Shown here: one piece after another, positions 35,031-48,244 of the stretch
Numbering within the stretch: the stretch's first letter is position 1
Layout: each line of letters starts with the position of its first letter
Source: Balanoglossus misakiensis
Lineage: Eukaryota > Animalia > Hemichordata
NCBI GenBank assembly: GCA_040954595.2
Contig: CM082585.2
Coordinates: forward strand, 4,985,808-5,049,807
DNA length: 64,000 nucleotides
Direction of reading: 5' to 3'
Notes under the pieces: generated by a model
Told to the model about the DNA's origin: nothing
What the model saw: the letters and a program-made list of their open reading frames with translations, nothing else
Databases searched by the model: none
Translations under genes and position numbers: made by a program

Positions 35031-36023
35031 TCAGACATACACTATTGGTGAAGATTTCACCATCGATGACGGTTTCAGACAGTTGTCAGGAAAGAAACTT
35101 CCCTTGCAAGCGAACATCTTCTTGAATGCATTGCGCAGTTCCTGACAGGGTGCGGCGTACAGACACGGGTTGGAGGAGCTTTTGGAGTAACCGAGCCAGA
35201 AGAATACTTGGTATATGTCAGTGTCGATGGGAATGTCAAAACACGGGAAGAAGGTGAATAGCGTGAAATAAGGCCCCCATCTCAGGATGAGGCAGGCGGC
35301 TTCAAGGAAGAGCGTTCTCCCGGCTTTGTTCCGACTCGGCGGCTTCGGGGGCCTCTGCGAGGTGTCCTGGAAGTCGATCTCTGAAACCACGGAGTGTTTG
35401 CGTATGAGGGTGACCTGGTGCCTGGCTATCCGCGCGATGCGTGTGTGCATCACGAGCGTTGCGATGGCCGGTAGGAAGAACACCAGCAGGCCGTACGCCA
35501 GAGAGTACAGACCACCGCCGCGGTAGCCAAGGTGGCACTGGATGGGACTGTACATCAACGCGCTCTGGTTGTTTCTGGACGACGCGAAGCCGAACCCGAT
35601 GGGCACGCTGGTCACCGCGATAGAACATACCCACGTGGCTACGATCACCATAGCAACGGCTGGTTTTGACAGACTCAGCGGGTTTCGCAGCGGGTTGGTT
35701 ATGGTCGAGTAGCGGTCGACGCTTATGAGGAAGAGATGTACAATCGACAGTGTGCAGAGAGCGGTACTCGTGTAGACGAGTCCAAAACACTCCCTGGGGG
35801 ACGCGAGTCCGGGGCTCGATAGTTCAAAGTAGGCCGACAGAGGCATGACGGTGAGCCCGATGGTGAGATCAACCGCAGCTAAGGACACCACCAGTAGGCT
35901 GGAACCGGACAGATGCCGGCGGTCATAGAGTCCGGCGACACAGACCAGGAAGTTACCGACGACTGTCATCAAAATAATTCCAGTTTTAACAGTTGCGAAC
36001 ACCACAGCGGGTATATCCATCAT
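35031..36023 (-). CDS. Intronless class A GPCR, biogenic amine/trace-amine receptor-like, 330 aa
   Basis: TM1 GNFLV, TM2 SLAAVDL, TM3 C...ISVDRY, ICL2 NPLR, TM4 W, TM5 FFLP, TM6 WGPY, TM7 SSSNPCLY, helix 8 ELRNAFKKMF. Confidence 0.92.
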   Translation of the reverse strand: MMDIPAVVFATVKTGIILMTVVGNFLVCVAGLYDRRHLSGSSLLVVSLAAVDLTIGLTVMPLSAYFELSSPGLASPRECFGLVYTSTALCTLSIVHLFLISVDRYSTITNPLRNPLSLSKPAVAMVIVATWVCSIAVTSVPIGFGFASSRNNQSALMYSPIQCHLGYRGGGLYSLAYGLLVFFLPAIATLVMHTRIARIARHQVTLIRKHSVVSEIDFQDTSQRPPKPPSRNKAGRTLFLEAACLILRWGPYFTLFTFFPCFDIPIDTDIYQVFFWLGYSKSSSNPCLYAAPCQELRNAFKKMFACKGSFFPDNCLKPSSMVKSSPIVYV

Positions 36024-37339
36024 TGAGTCGAATCATTGAATCCCTTGCAAACAAATTATCATTTTGGTAAGCTCACCTCCGATGGAAATAAACACACACA
36101 CCGGACGAAGGGATGACAGCTCAGTTCCAGTTCTCATTTTCAAAGTATTTGTCCAAAGTTGTCACTTTTATAACTGGGTTCGCTTTTCTGGCTTTTCTAG
36201 ACTGAATCCAAACCCGAGTTAACAAAACCTGTCGCCATTCTCACGCAAAGCTTGGTCGGGACGCGGCAGCCAATGTCATCTCACCGCTGGGAATATAGTC
36301 CCCAGCAACAAACGCTTCACTAAGCCGATTCGCTCGTAAAAGAGGGGATAGGAATTACGTCATGTGGGTATAGTCACTTTTGGGAGGGGTCATTTCACGT
36401 CCATTTTGCTAGCAGGCTTATGAAGAGAACACTTACATTATATTTCATTAAATTTCAAAATAATTACATGAAAATCATTGAATTTCATCTCAACTTTGTA
36501 AAATAATGCCTTAATTCCCTAACTATCATTAACTTGCACTATGTTGCCACTATGACTGCGTATATGAAATCATGGGAATGTTGAATTTATTAATTGCGTC
36601 ATTCGTGACGAAAGGCCCAGTAATTTCACTTTAATCAGTATAATTGGAGTGTCTTCAATTGACACACAATCTCTTCGTATTAATAAATAAAAATAATTTA
36701 TTATCACAAGTGTTTTTTATTATTTTATTTCAGTTTCAAAAACAAATCATGACGTGATCAAATATCTATTTACAATGTAGGTAAAAGGGCTTTGAAAGTC
36801 AGTATTTAGCTCAACAAGGCTGACGGTCGAATTGTACACGACAGAATTCCTAAATTTAAACGGTACAGCACTCATAAGTACTTGGACCTCTCCGGGTGGC
36901 AATTTGATATTATCATGGCACAGTTGTTCTGCAACACTCGTGGTTCAGTGTGAGAGAAGAAAGTACATTACGTCATGTGGTTTATGTGGTCATCGGCGAA
37001 CACGTGAAGTTCATTCTCGTGTCACGACATAGTTACGACGACCTGTTGTTCCCTTTTACGATCCTGGTTGTCACAGTGTATTGTAAGAAGGGTACACTTT
37101 CTCTTATGGCCATGAAAAAAGAAGGGGCGTGTTGCTTGCGCTTTGTGGGGGGGGGGGAGAGGGGGGAAGGGGGATTGTTGTTTATGCTTTGCTGTGTGTG
37201 CGTTCACGTACATTTTTTTCTGGGCGACCGATTAAATTAATGTGTAATTTTCATCGGGGCTCAAAGCACACACAAAAAATAACTACAAAAAAGAAGAAAA
37301 AAAACAGAAACTCGATATAAAGGGAGAAAATCTTACAAA

Positions 37340-37440
37340 GGAACATTATCTTTCATAAATTGTTTCAATTTCAACTTAAACGTCATTATAGTTGGAGCAT
37401 GCCGCAATTCACCAGGTAAAGAATTCCAGATTTGTGACGT
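37340..37440 (-). mobile_element. 3' end fragment of a CR1/L2-clade LINE ORF2
   Basis: Translation IWNSLPGELRHAPTIMTFKLKLK matches the WNxLP...FKxxLK C-terminal signature of CR1/L2-group RT proteins. Confidence 0.65.
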
Positions 37441-37629
37441 ACATATTTCCAGACTGAGGTTATTGTTGTCGATAATCCTAACTTTACCGCATTGCAAGTC
37501 TTGATCCCCGAGAGAATGAGAAATGACAAACACCGGGCCAACAAACGTCTCAAATACTGTGATACAGCTGAGTTCAGAAAAGAAAACGAACCATTGGAGT
37601 ATTATAACATACGAATACACCATGTATTA

Positions 37630-38955
37630 TTTGAATGACCTCTTGAATTTAAATGTGTCGTGAAACTCAATAAAATTTCATTCGAATTCGTCCGTAAGAA
37701 TAGACAATGTTGCCAGCTTTTCAGCCAGCGTTTTATTACGTGCCGGCGAAACGAATCAATAACGGATTACAACGTGTATACAGCGTTCATAGTGATCTTC
37801 TCACCTTGCTAGACAATCACATATAACACCTGTTTGAAACTTTATGGGATCTCACCAGATAGAGGGATTTTTTACGTATATAGACGAGAGGAGGATCACT
37901 ATTCACATCACCCGGTTTCATTTATACGAAAATGACAAAGTTTAAAAACAAACCCGAACGGTGTCAACATGTTTGGATCTGGTTTGGAGTTGCAATATCA
38001 CTGCTACGATGAATTGAATGTAAAATACATAGCGTAATTACGGGTAGAGTGTTGTCGATAACTGTAGTCTCGTAACTCGCTAATCCAGCAAGTACGACGT
38101 GTTCCTAAGTCAACTGACACAAAACAACAACTATCGTTTGACTTGTCACCAGAAGTCTTTGGTTCTTTCGGTTTTGAATGGCGAGAGTTTACAACAATGC
38201 TGAGGGACAAACTGTACGAGGTAGACATTCCTAAATTCATTCGGTCCACCTTAAGGGACTGGGCGTAATTTACCACGGGGGAGGGCCGGGGGATGGACGA
38301 AAGCGATGGCCAGAAAGTAATGACCCTCCCCAGGTTAAGGGCTCGAAAAATTATGACCCCCCCCCCCCCCATGGTAATTTCCGTCCAGTCCCTAACAAGT
38401 AATTGTCAATAACCAAGTATATCCACAGGAGAACATCGAAGAAAACCGAAGGAAGTAATGGCGGAATAACAGTCAAGGCATGTGTGCTATATGGCCCTAA
38501 CAATGTTCAAAATGTTATTTCTCGACTTATGATAAGGAGAAGATTTAATGATTTTATTGTTTAAAAATAGTGCTTAAAGTGGCATCTATAGAGGCTTTAA
38601 TGGACAAACGAACACGTGAATTGAAGACACGTGTCCCGAAATGTTACGACGACGTTGATGTAATATGCCAACTCCAAAATTCATTGTGAAGAAAGGGAAC
38701 GTTCTCGGCTTCAATTGTGTCTTGAAATTAGACTCAATAAAATTTTATTTGACCGCAAGCCTCGTCAAGGACACGGGCTTTTGAAGCGACGTTTTATTAC
38801 GTGTCGGTGAGACGAGGCAGTAAAGAATAACATGTTGTAAAACGCTCTTCTCTGTGATTTCCTCAGTTTGCGAGACAATTAAATATCGCACCTGTTTAAA
38901 ATTAAATTAGCATCTTAAAACGTTATGAGATACCACGAGATAGAAGGATTTTTTC
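37630..38955. repeat. Diverged local direct duplication (~250 bp at ~37630-37872 and ~38705-38955)
   Basis: Shared blocks ACTCAATAAAATTT, CGTTTTATTACGTG.CGG, AGACAAT, CACCTGTTT, AGATAGA.GGATTTTTT. Confidence 0.65.
38255..38392. mobile_element. 138-bp Harbinger-type MITE with TAA TSD
   Basis: TAA-GGGACTGGGCGTAATTTACCA ... TGGTAATTTCCGTCCAGTCCC-TAA. Confidence 0.75.
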
Positions 38956-39240
38956 GACAAAATCGTACGTTTCTTGTAATAAATACAACAAATTGGGTGA
39001 AAAAAAATGGACAAAACTAAAGTCTGATTATCGATATGCATGAAATATAGAAGGAAATGAAGGCATTGCACTATTTGAATGCGTCAAATGCATAATTTGC
39101 GGAACATCTGGATTGGACGTAATGTTTGTACAATGTGACACGAAATTACGCACGTGCAGGGCGATCGTTGACCTTTAACAATTCAGAGATTCTAAGTTTT
39201 CTGCTCATTTGCATAAAACATCCTTGACGAATTGGTGCCG

Positions 39241-39405
39241 TTAATGGTAAACGATCACCTCCAATTTACATACGCCCATATATGGCTGAAATGGAGTATT
39301 TGAGTGTTCTAACGTGTGCAACCCCTTGAAAATCTCTGATTGGCTAGATCTCAATTTGCCACGGTTGCTGTAGCTATATTTGCATAGGTGACCGTATACC
39401 TTTAA
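39241..39405. mobile_element. TTAA-flanked MITE; related copy at 46746-46928
   Basis: Both copies share ATTTACATACGCCCATATATGGCTGAAATGG and end CATAGGTGACC.TATACCTT; the 46746 copy starts TTAAAGGTATACAGTCACC. Confidence 0.65.
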
Positions 39406-39671
39406 TAATGGTACAGATAAGTGCCGACTGTTTTTTTTTTTTCAAATGCGCCCACTGAATATCATGCCAAACCCTTTCACGCACCCCAAACCTCAATTGG
39501 TAGCCAAGCTCACTGAAAGGCACGCCCAGATAAAAACAACTTCACACATATCCATACAAGAAAGCTGATATTTTATTCATCAGTGAAATCTCTGTGAAAA
39601 GTTTTCCACTCATTGCAATCGTGAGAATGACGACAGTAAATAAGTGAAGGGTCCAAATTTGCTTCTGTGTC

Positions 39672-39763
39672 TTAACCCTTTCAACCCAGTTCCCTCTTTA
39701 GAGGTTCAACCTCCCCATAGAAAACAATGGCTTTGGACTGAACCATGGTGGTGAAAGGGTTAA
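39672..39763. mobile_element. piggyBac-like mini element (TTAA-CCC...GGG-TTAA); partial inverted copy at ~43910-43990
   Basis: TTAACCCTTTCA ... TGAAAGGGTTAA. Confidence 0.65.
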
Positions 39764-40349
39764 AGCCATGAGCTGCCACTTTAAGCTTATAAACGCTCCA
39801 ATCTTATCCTTAGCCAACAGACTAAATAATTTTGAATTTTTAATGATTCTAATATACATGTGCATACCATGCTGTGTTCTTGCAATTGGAAGATGAAGAA
39901 ATGATCAGTAAGTTCATTTAATTCAACAATTCTAAGTATGAAAGTAAAATTCTGAATAATTTTAATATTTTCAGTATTTTATTGTGTGTCCACTACAGTT
40001 TATTGTTATGTACAGGGAAGTATCAACCAAACCAAAATGTTATTTCTCATTTCCTGTAACCGTGTTAGTCTTTCAACTTGCAAATAAAACCTGAAACTGT
40101 GACACTGTTTGCTTTCTGATTTCCTCCTTGAGTGCAATAGCTTTCATTCAATCTTTACTTGATATAACAAGACTTATGAACTTCAAAAAAATAAGTAAAA
40201 ATGTTAAGACTTGCCATATTTTCAGGTGCATTATACACATACACTACCGCGGTAGTACATGAACTTGAACACTATTCTACACTCTCTGGTGCTGAAACTA
40301 TCCCGTTTTCTACATTCTTTCCTCTTCTGGTTGCCATGACAACATCTTC

Positions 40350-43300
40350 TTAATGTAAATGATTTTGTTTTTGAAGAATTTGAAGGAGATTCATCAGCGG
40401 TAACATCTGATGGACCAACTCCAGTGGGAGGGAGAGAACTAACTGGAACAACGAATCAGTCAAATCCCTCACCCTGTAAAAAGGACAAAAGAAAGACGTC
40501 ACATGTCGGTCACATGACATTAACAAGAACAGCCCATGACCTGCAAGTTTTGCCATTACTTTCATGAACATTTTTAAAAACTAAAATTACTTTTGGGTAA
40601 ATGCATTTAATGGAGGATGTGTATTTAAGTGTTTTTATCTGTAATTATATTATAGCTTTATCAATACCAGTGAATTTTGTGACGTCATAGCTATACATTA
40701 TTACTGATAATGTATCGTGTTATTCGATGGACGCGCGACGCACCCAAGAACCAGTGGACGTGTACAATTTCCGACTGAATAACGGAAGTTTTCAGACAAT
40801 GCGAACATTTAGAGGGCTAAAAAAAGAAATGCAAACGTACACAGAATAAATACGGCGATATTTATTAATTTCCAAATCTGTCCTTGACTGGCGTTTTGTT
40901 TATTTTGTCTTCCTACGGCTGCAGTACATGTCGTCTGCTCTTGAATCACGCGCAGTCAACATGGCTCGCTCACGCACGTAAAGCAAACCTCTCGATGATG
41001 CTGGATTTGACATTCGTTCACCATACATACCGTGTACCACGTACCAAGCAGTCATGTCAACGAAGCTATACATAAAAAAAATTATGCCGCAAGTGTCACT
41101 GTCATGTTGTCTACGCGGTACGAAGGGTCGATCGAGGGCGAGTTTGTTTATGTATTGCAACCTTCCGAGCGCCCGTATACGTGAACTTTCCTGAGAACGC
41201 AAACGAATTCAAATATTCCCCGAGTCCTCCCCAAGATTACACAAAAATCGAAACTTTTTCAGATATATTTCAGCAGAACCCTTAAATGAATTTTCACATG
41301 CGTTAATAAACCTTCATTATTTATTTCCTGATATTTGAATATGATACTAGAAATGTACAGTACACTGATACACCGCGATCAGGTGACCTTTTGTTTACGC
41401 GTACGCCATTGCTCTGTTCTCGATCTCCGTGTCCGAGTCTGAATTGTTCGCACCTATACTTTTTGAAGTCTGCAAATTCACTGGCATTGACAAAACTATA
41501 AAATAATGAGAATAATGAACGCCCCAAAGACCCATAATGGACTCAAGCACACATTGTGCTCCATAATATACTCGGCTTCGCCTCGTATATTATGACGCAC
41601 AATGTGTGCTTTCGTCCATTATGGGTCTTTGGGGCGTTCATTATTCTCTAAATCATGGTGCTGGATGTGTCAGCTTAGCCTACATGTAGATCAACAATAA
41701 ATGGGTGCCACACTCAAATATGGCAATTTTTTTTTAAAAGGACCGGAAATTTGACTGAAAAGACAAGTCCTATATAAATGTTACTGTCTCACAGTTAAAC
41801 ATTATATTATTTATTGAATAACATTAAAACAATATCTGATTGAAATGTCCACTGTGATGCACCCTGGTATAACCAGAAAAGATTCTATTACTTACCACTT
41901 CTGTTGTTCCTCTGGCAGGATTTTCTCATCATCTGCTCCCTTAGACTCCAGACCAACTTTGAGTTTCTTAAAACTCGTTTCGATGTTTGTCTTGAAGCTG
42001 ACTAAAGACTTCAAGTTTCCAAGCTGATTCAAAGATTGCTGTGTGATGATGGATTGATATCGACTTTATCACTCTGAAATGTTTTTATACGTAATCTGTT
42101 CATTTTTATATAATCTAAACACAGACTTGTCTACTGGGTATATTAGCATGCTGTTTTGAGTACAATAAGAAATTGGTACACAGAATAAAAAACACCAGAA
42201 ATAAAGCAAAAAAGTTACAGCTAATGTCCCTTTAACCACAACTACTGTATACATGTATGGTCTTATTCACACCAAAATCAAATGTATAAAATCTCAATCA
42301 CAACCATGCATGTACTTACATAAAGTAATGCTATTTGGTGAGCCACGTATTTGTGATTGTTTAAATTGCTGACATCTGCATTCAGAAGATTACATAAAGA
42401 TATAATTTGGTTCAATGCCGCAACATGACTGAAGTAATCTGGAAATGAAACAGAAGAATATGTTTAGAATATGAATAACTAACAGGCTATTTAAGGGCCA
42501 CAATCGTCTTATACACATGTGCCAACCCAGAGACTCTGGTTACAAAAATTGTATACAGTCAATGCCATAATGTAGTGGGCTGTCCTATCAACAGACAAGA
42601 TGGTGGCGACCATAGTTTGTGTTGGAGATCGGGGAAAGACAGAAAATTGGGTGAAAAGAAGAGACAAAACTAAAGTCTGCTTATATGGTGCGCATAAAAT
42701 ATGGAAGGAAGCGAAGGCAGTCCACTATTTGAATGCATTTATCATTAAACGCAAAATTTGAAGAATATTTGGATTGGATGTAATGTTTGTAGTAGTACAC
42801 ACACAATTATGCACATGCACACAAGCCAATCATTGGCCTTTAAAGTACAGGTTGGTAACATGCCTTGGTTCAATTGATAATTGACTATCAAAAGATGTCT
42901 CTGATTGGTGGATTCAAATACTCACCATCCATTGGTGTTTTTGACGGTGACTGAAATTGAAAATTGTGGGGACTGCTAATGTACAACGCCACTTTGGGAA
43001 ACATGGTTGCAAGACCGGTTTGTTCGAGAAAATCCTGCCAGACACAGAAAAGAATGCACTCTGTCAAATTATAACAAAATCAGGCCTCAAATTAACACCT
43101 GCCCTGCGGCCAAGGGTCGATAAAATTGCACTGGGCAGGTAAATTTTCAATTGGCAGGTGAGCAAAAAAAAAAAAAAAAATTGTGGCCTGCAAAAACTGA
43201 GACACTTATATTCTGATGCAGCTACTAGTATTCCAAGAATAAACATACAGGATTTGCTGACTCGATAAATACTTCAATTCCTGCTGAGATCCATTGACTG

Positions 43301-44949
43301 CCATGTTAAGTTTCAATTTTCAAAATACAATCTACTGGTGTTTACCTCAAGAGAAGGCGTTGGATCAGGCAAGTTTTCCATACACTCTCTCATTTTGTTG
43401 ACGAAGACCATCGCTGAAATAAAATAACATACAGAAAAGTTTATGGCAAATCAAAGACTTACTGCTGTCTGTCAAGCTCTTTATGACTCATTGACTGACT
43501 GACTGACTCACTCACTTGTCTTTCTGCAAAGTTGAGAGTTACTGTACCTGGGTAGAAACTGAATGTGTTGTTTGTCTCTCTAGATAGCAATCACTGTCTG
43601 CCTCAATCTGCCTATGTCTGTGCCCATTTGTCTGTCTGTCTGTGCCTGTATCTGGCTATCTGTATGTACAGTTAGGCCCAGCCAGATGACTTTTGTTTCC
43701 TGGATTCTTCCCATTAATGTACAATACTAACTGTACTGCATCAATATTTTGTATACAAACCTTGAGCATCAAATGTGTTGCTATATTTTCTTCTTCTTCT
43801 GCCCTGTTCTGTCGGCTTGCTCGACTGGAATAAAAAAAAACCCAAATCAATCAAGACTTTACTATTTTATCTTAATTAGTATCCAGATACCAGGTACATG
43901 TACATTGTATTAACCCTTTCACCACCATGGTTCAGTCCAAACCCATTGTTTAATATGGCAAGGTTGGACCTCCATAGAGGAAACTGGGATGGAGTCTTAA
44001 TACACACATACTGTGAACTAGTAAATGCTACTGCAGGGCTCTCCAGTCATTTTACCACGTTCCCCAACTGCAGCAAAAGCAGTGATTTCTTACCTCATTC
44101 AGCTCTTTATGACAGAGTGATTCTAACTGTGTACATAAGACCATAACGTCAATCGCAACATCACTCCTTGTAGTCGCACCAGCCCACAGCGGTTCATGAA
44201 GACGAACATCAACTGCGGAATAAAATTGTCAAATGATTATGCATACAAAAAATATTCATCAAGATTCACATCATTCTGGTTAATACAGAATCATCTATGA
44301 ATAAATCTTTCTTCACTGTTTGACACCTTGTTTTGCTACAACAACTGTGGTAGGTCATGGTAGCTCCATGGGTAGGTCTAGCTACAACTACTAGTGGAGT
44401 AGCTCTGCGTGGCAGGGCTGTGTTGTTACGGCGAGCCCTGTGGGTGGAGGGCTCGCCGTAACAACACAGCCCTGCCACGCAGAGCTACTAGTGGAGGTGG
44501 GAGGAGGAGGGGGGGGGGGGGGGCTGCAGCCTACATATGCAATTGCATTCATGGATCACAGTGTTGCAAAGATCTGCGCGTATCCAATCATTCAGCTGAG
44601 ACCCATGATCTGGTAAAGCATATCTGCATACATATACTATTCCACCCTGCCACGTCAGCCACACAATCAAAAATGTATGCATGGACTTTGTCGTATACAA
44701 ATCACTGTTAGCGTACGTGGATATCTTGGGAAAGGTTCGTAAGAATTTTACGATCCGTTCTCGACTCGAACTCGAAGGCTCTTCATCATGCAATGGTCGT
44801 TGATCCACGTAACATATCGATCAAACCTGATGGCCGTAGACACATGAATCGCTTGAAATGAAGGATTTTACCAAAACCGACTTACCTTTAAACGAGGGAT
44901 CGTAACTCAAAGGAATGACACGAGCAGGAGTTGTTGTGACTGCAGCCAT
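40350..44949 (-). CDS. Uncharacterised protein, ~269 aa, 8 coding exons
   Basis: Phase-consistent GT-AG exons 44949-44886, 44212-44094, 43824-43761, 43413-43346, 43034-42926, 42438-42320, 42038-41896, 40473-40350 total 810 nt with no internal stop: MAAVTTTPARVIPLSYDPSFKVDVRLHEPLWAG...LPDPTPSLEDFLEQTGLATMFPKVALYI...DYFSHVAALNQ...NHKYVAHQIALLYQSLNQLG...QNHLH*. Start context AAAATGGC. Confidence 0.85.
41508..41648. repeat. 141-bp hairpin (palindromic element end) in the last intron of the uncharacterised gene
   Basis: GAGAATAATGAACGCCCCAAAGACCCATAATGGAC ... GTCCATTATGGGTCTTTGGGGCGTTCATTATTCTC with centre CTCGGCTTCGCCTCG. Confidence 0.8.
42491..42843. mobile_element. ~350-bp TTAA-flanked TIR element (Kolobok-like); family copies at ~38989-39178, ~55185-55426, ~60387-60879 (inverted), ~62805-62950
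   Basis: TTAAGGGCCACAATCGTCTTAT...GGCCTTTAA; shared core CAAGATGG.GGCGACC, AAATTGGGTGAAA, AAATATGGAAGGAAGCGAAGGCAGTCCACTATTTGAATGC, TTTGGATTGGA.GTAATGTTTGTA. Confidence 0.75.
44400..44487. mobile_element. 88-bp perfect hairpin TAG...CTA element with 9-bp TSD (AcademH-like MITE)
   Basis: 40-bp perfect arms TAGCTCTGCGTGGCAGGGCTGTGTTGTTACGGCGAGCCCT, 8-nt loop; CTAGTGGAG duplicated at 44391-44399 and 44488-44496. Confidence 0.82.
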
Positions 44950-47900
44950 TTTGTTCCAGGGCGACTGCTCAAAATATCGCCCTCAGTGGTAATGATAGAT
45001 TCAGGGACAAACGTTTTTATAGGAAAGTGTGGGCGGCGCCTGTGCATAACAAATGAACTTCCATGCAAGTATCAAGCAAAGTTAAAAACAAATTTTTATA
45101 TGAAGGCAAATGGATAAGTAATGAAGGAAATGCCAGCCAGGCATGCATGCATACGAAGCAAACATAAAAACCTACAGGCCAATGTACATAATTTGCTGGG
45201 AATGATGCATGTTCATGTAGTACACGAACTTGAACACAAATAGGGCCTAACTTCTACGAATTTCAAAAATGATAGAAATATGCTACGTGTGGAAACACAT
45301 TTTCCGTCACAGATACCAAACATTTTACACTAACCATGCAGGTGGACTTATATCGTTTCGATACCTTGCAGAATAAAAATTAAAGCATCTAGAGCTGCCA
45401 CTTCTTGCATTTTCTTCATGATTTAATTTTCTAGCTTAGATTAGTGATTATTACTGATAGGCGTAGAGCAACGTCTTATCGATGCCCGATTGTAGTTGTA
45501 ATTTGAACATGCTACATATTAAACGGGTGCCGCACCCAGCCTTCATACAAACAGTACGCATGCGCAGCTATCATGGTATTCCTACCCACAATAGATTTAA
45601 ATTATCTTATCGTGGAAGAAAAGTTGTGACATCTGGCAGCTCTTATCTGGTTCAGTGGGAAGGCCGTCTGTGTTTGAGGATGGTGTAGATCAGCTCTGAA
45701 GGACCGCACGTGTTCTTACCGCCGGTTGAAATCTTATAAATGTTTCACGCTAAATCCCCTTCAGATGGAAATGAAGTGGCTCTGAAGAGGGATGTTTGTT
45801 TTGATGTGTCGACCTTCTCGCTGCAGAGAATACTGACCAGCATTTTCCCCTTTTATTAAAATACTAGCTTTATCGCCAAATCTGAATTCAAAACCTACGT
45901 ACACTGTTTCATACCCGCACTTTCACAAACTATATATCATAAATGTATATTTTATTATTCAATAATGTATAATGTAAACTTGAAGGCGCCAATATATACG
46001 AATTTTGGCCCCCTCAGTCATACGGCGGAGGGGTTCTCTTCCTAAACTTGGGACAATTGCGTTGAACAAACTCGAGCTATACGTGTATCAGACCCTTAGC
46101 CTAAAAATGGGAGACGTAGTGTGTCCCCATAAAAACCTGTTTTGGTATTGGGGTTCCGTAAGAGGTTGGGGGACAACGATCTGATTAAAAGATACATATT
46201 TTACATAATCTGCTCAAATCACAGTCATGAATTATGAAAGTAAAAATGCACATATTGCTTTGATTAAAATCAGTTTAAGAGATGGGTGCCTTCTATATAG
46301 AACTTTGCTTGGTCTGTGCTGTTCGCGGTCTGCTGCGCTGACGCTTCTCCAGAACGCGAACCACAGAGAGATATACGGGGTCGTAAAAAGCAGAGATCGA
46401 AGATCAAGACCGAAGATTCAAAACTACAACGCGAAGACCCTGCCATAACAAGCAAATTGCATAATTATGATGTGCAAATCTGTGGGTTTTTAATTGAAAG
46501 CGGGACTGTTCTAGGACTTCGGTCGTGCCCCTCTTCGTTTTTGTAAGGCTTCCCGGTAAATACGACGCTAATCGACCTCTACAGCTGATTGGCTGCGCAA
46601 GGCATCCGTCCGATGATTACATAAATCGCGGCCACGTGGGAAACAACTCAAGCGCAAGTACACGTGACAAACCCACGGCCAAGAAACAGAAGTCATAAAA
46701 AAGTTTATATTTTTTCAGTAATGCTAGCGATCGCGCCCTTGTCGTTTAAAGGTATACAGTCACCTCCTATTTACATACGCCCATATATGGCTGAAATGGC
46801 GTATTTGAGGGTTCCAAACAACATATGGTGGCGCTCTTTTTTTCGCGTGTGCCACCCACTGAAAACCATGCTTAGCTAGATCTCAAATTTACCATGGTAA
46901 ATTTCCATAGGTGACCTTATACCTTCAATATCGACGGAATCGTCTCGTCTCCTCAAATCTAAAACTATACTCATCTGCCACCTATCACAACTTCCTACAA
47001 ACTCTCGAGGGACCCCCTGCGAGCAATTTCAACGACTGTTTATGCAAATTTCGTATGACGTAATCAACATGCTGATTATTAGGCTGAAGTAAGTAAATTC
47101 TTCGTTATACGTCCTCGCGCACAGTTTTTTTTGTGATTTTGTGAAAAACAAGATGTGAATTTGATAATCCCCGCCTACCCTTTTTTCTGACCGCAAACCT
47201 TAAATACATATTTTACATAATTTGCTCAAATCACAGTGTGTTATTAAAATGCGGAAACTCACATGCTAAAATCATGACAAGGCTCCGGTATGTGTTGAAC
47301 TGCAAATCCCTGTCTCTTTCGCGGGTTTGGGTGGACGTAAAACAAGGAATCTCCTTGCTCTGACCTTATTAGGCGAACGACAAACTCCCGATTCTCACAT
47401 TTTTTGTGAAGACGAAGAGCGAGGCAGATGAAGATGGGAAAGTCACGGAGTCAAGTTTCATCATCTCATAACGATCGCTGTTTCGTTTCTGCATGATCTT
47501 TTGTGACGTGTCATTTTGATCATTTTATCCACCTCGTGCACCCGCTATCTTTGAGAAGACGCGAAATATCAAGACTGGGGCAATCTGCGGCAAATATTTC
47601 ACAGAGGTAAGTTGTTTGATACTCGACGCACGACACACATGCAGAAATAATGTGGACATAAAATTGCAAAACAGCAATCATAGCGTGAAGGATAAAACGT
47701 TGATTTCTGACATGACGCCTTTAACACGTGCGCAGGTACAGAAGTCATCTTTCCACTCACAGTGACGACTCGGAACAGGTGCGCCGCGTATATATGTACA
47801 TCCATGACAACGAGACAGACAGAGAGGGAGAGAGAGATGGATAGTGCGTATCTAATGTCGGGCTCTACGTTAACGGATGAAAAATTTGACAAAAATAATC

Positions 47901-48244
47901 AAAGGGAAAATATCTGTAACTGTAATGTTTTTGTTAATCCGTGTTTCAACATTAAGAGTCTCTTGTGTCGAACAGTAAAGCTGATACATCTCTCAGCACA
48001 GCGTGGCTATACAAAAATATCAGTCCGTGAACTGAGACGTGATCTCCAGCCGACTATTAGACGTAAAATTGATACACAGAACGAAATACATAATAACATT
48101 CAATCACGGTGTTTTTCTTTGGGGTACGTACGTGCGTTGTTATTGCAAGGTGTTTTTTAATTTCATTGTTTACCGTTAGTTTACTCCAAAATATATAATA
48201 TTGACTAGTGACACCAATTTTTGTTTGCTTTAATGATCTCACAG

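Noticed and set aside
43245-43300. Extra exon of the uncharacterised gene
   Set aside because: Introduces an in-frame stop; the model is complete without it.
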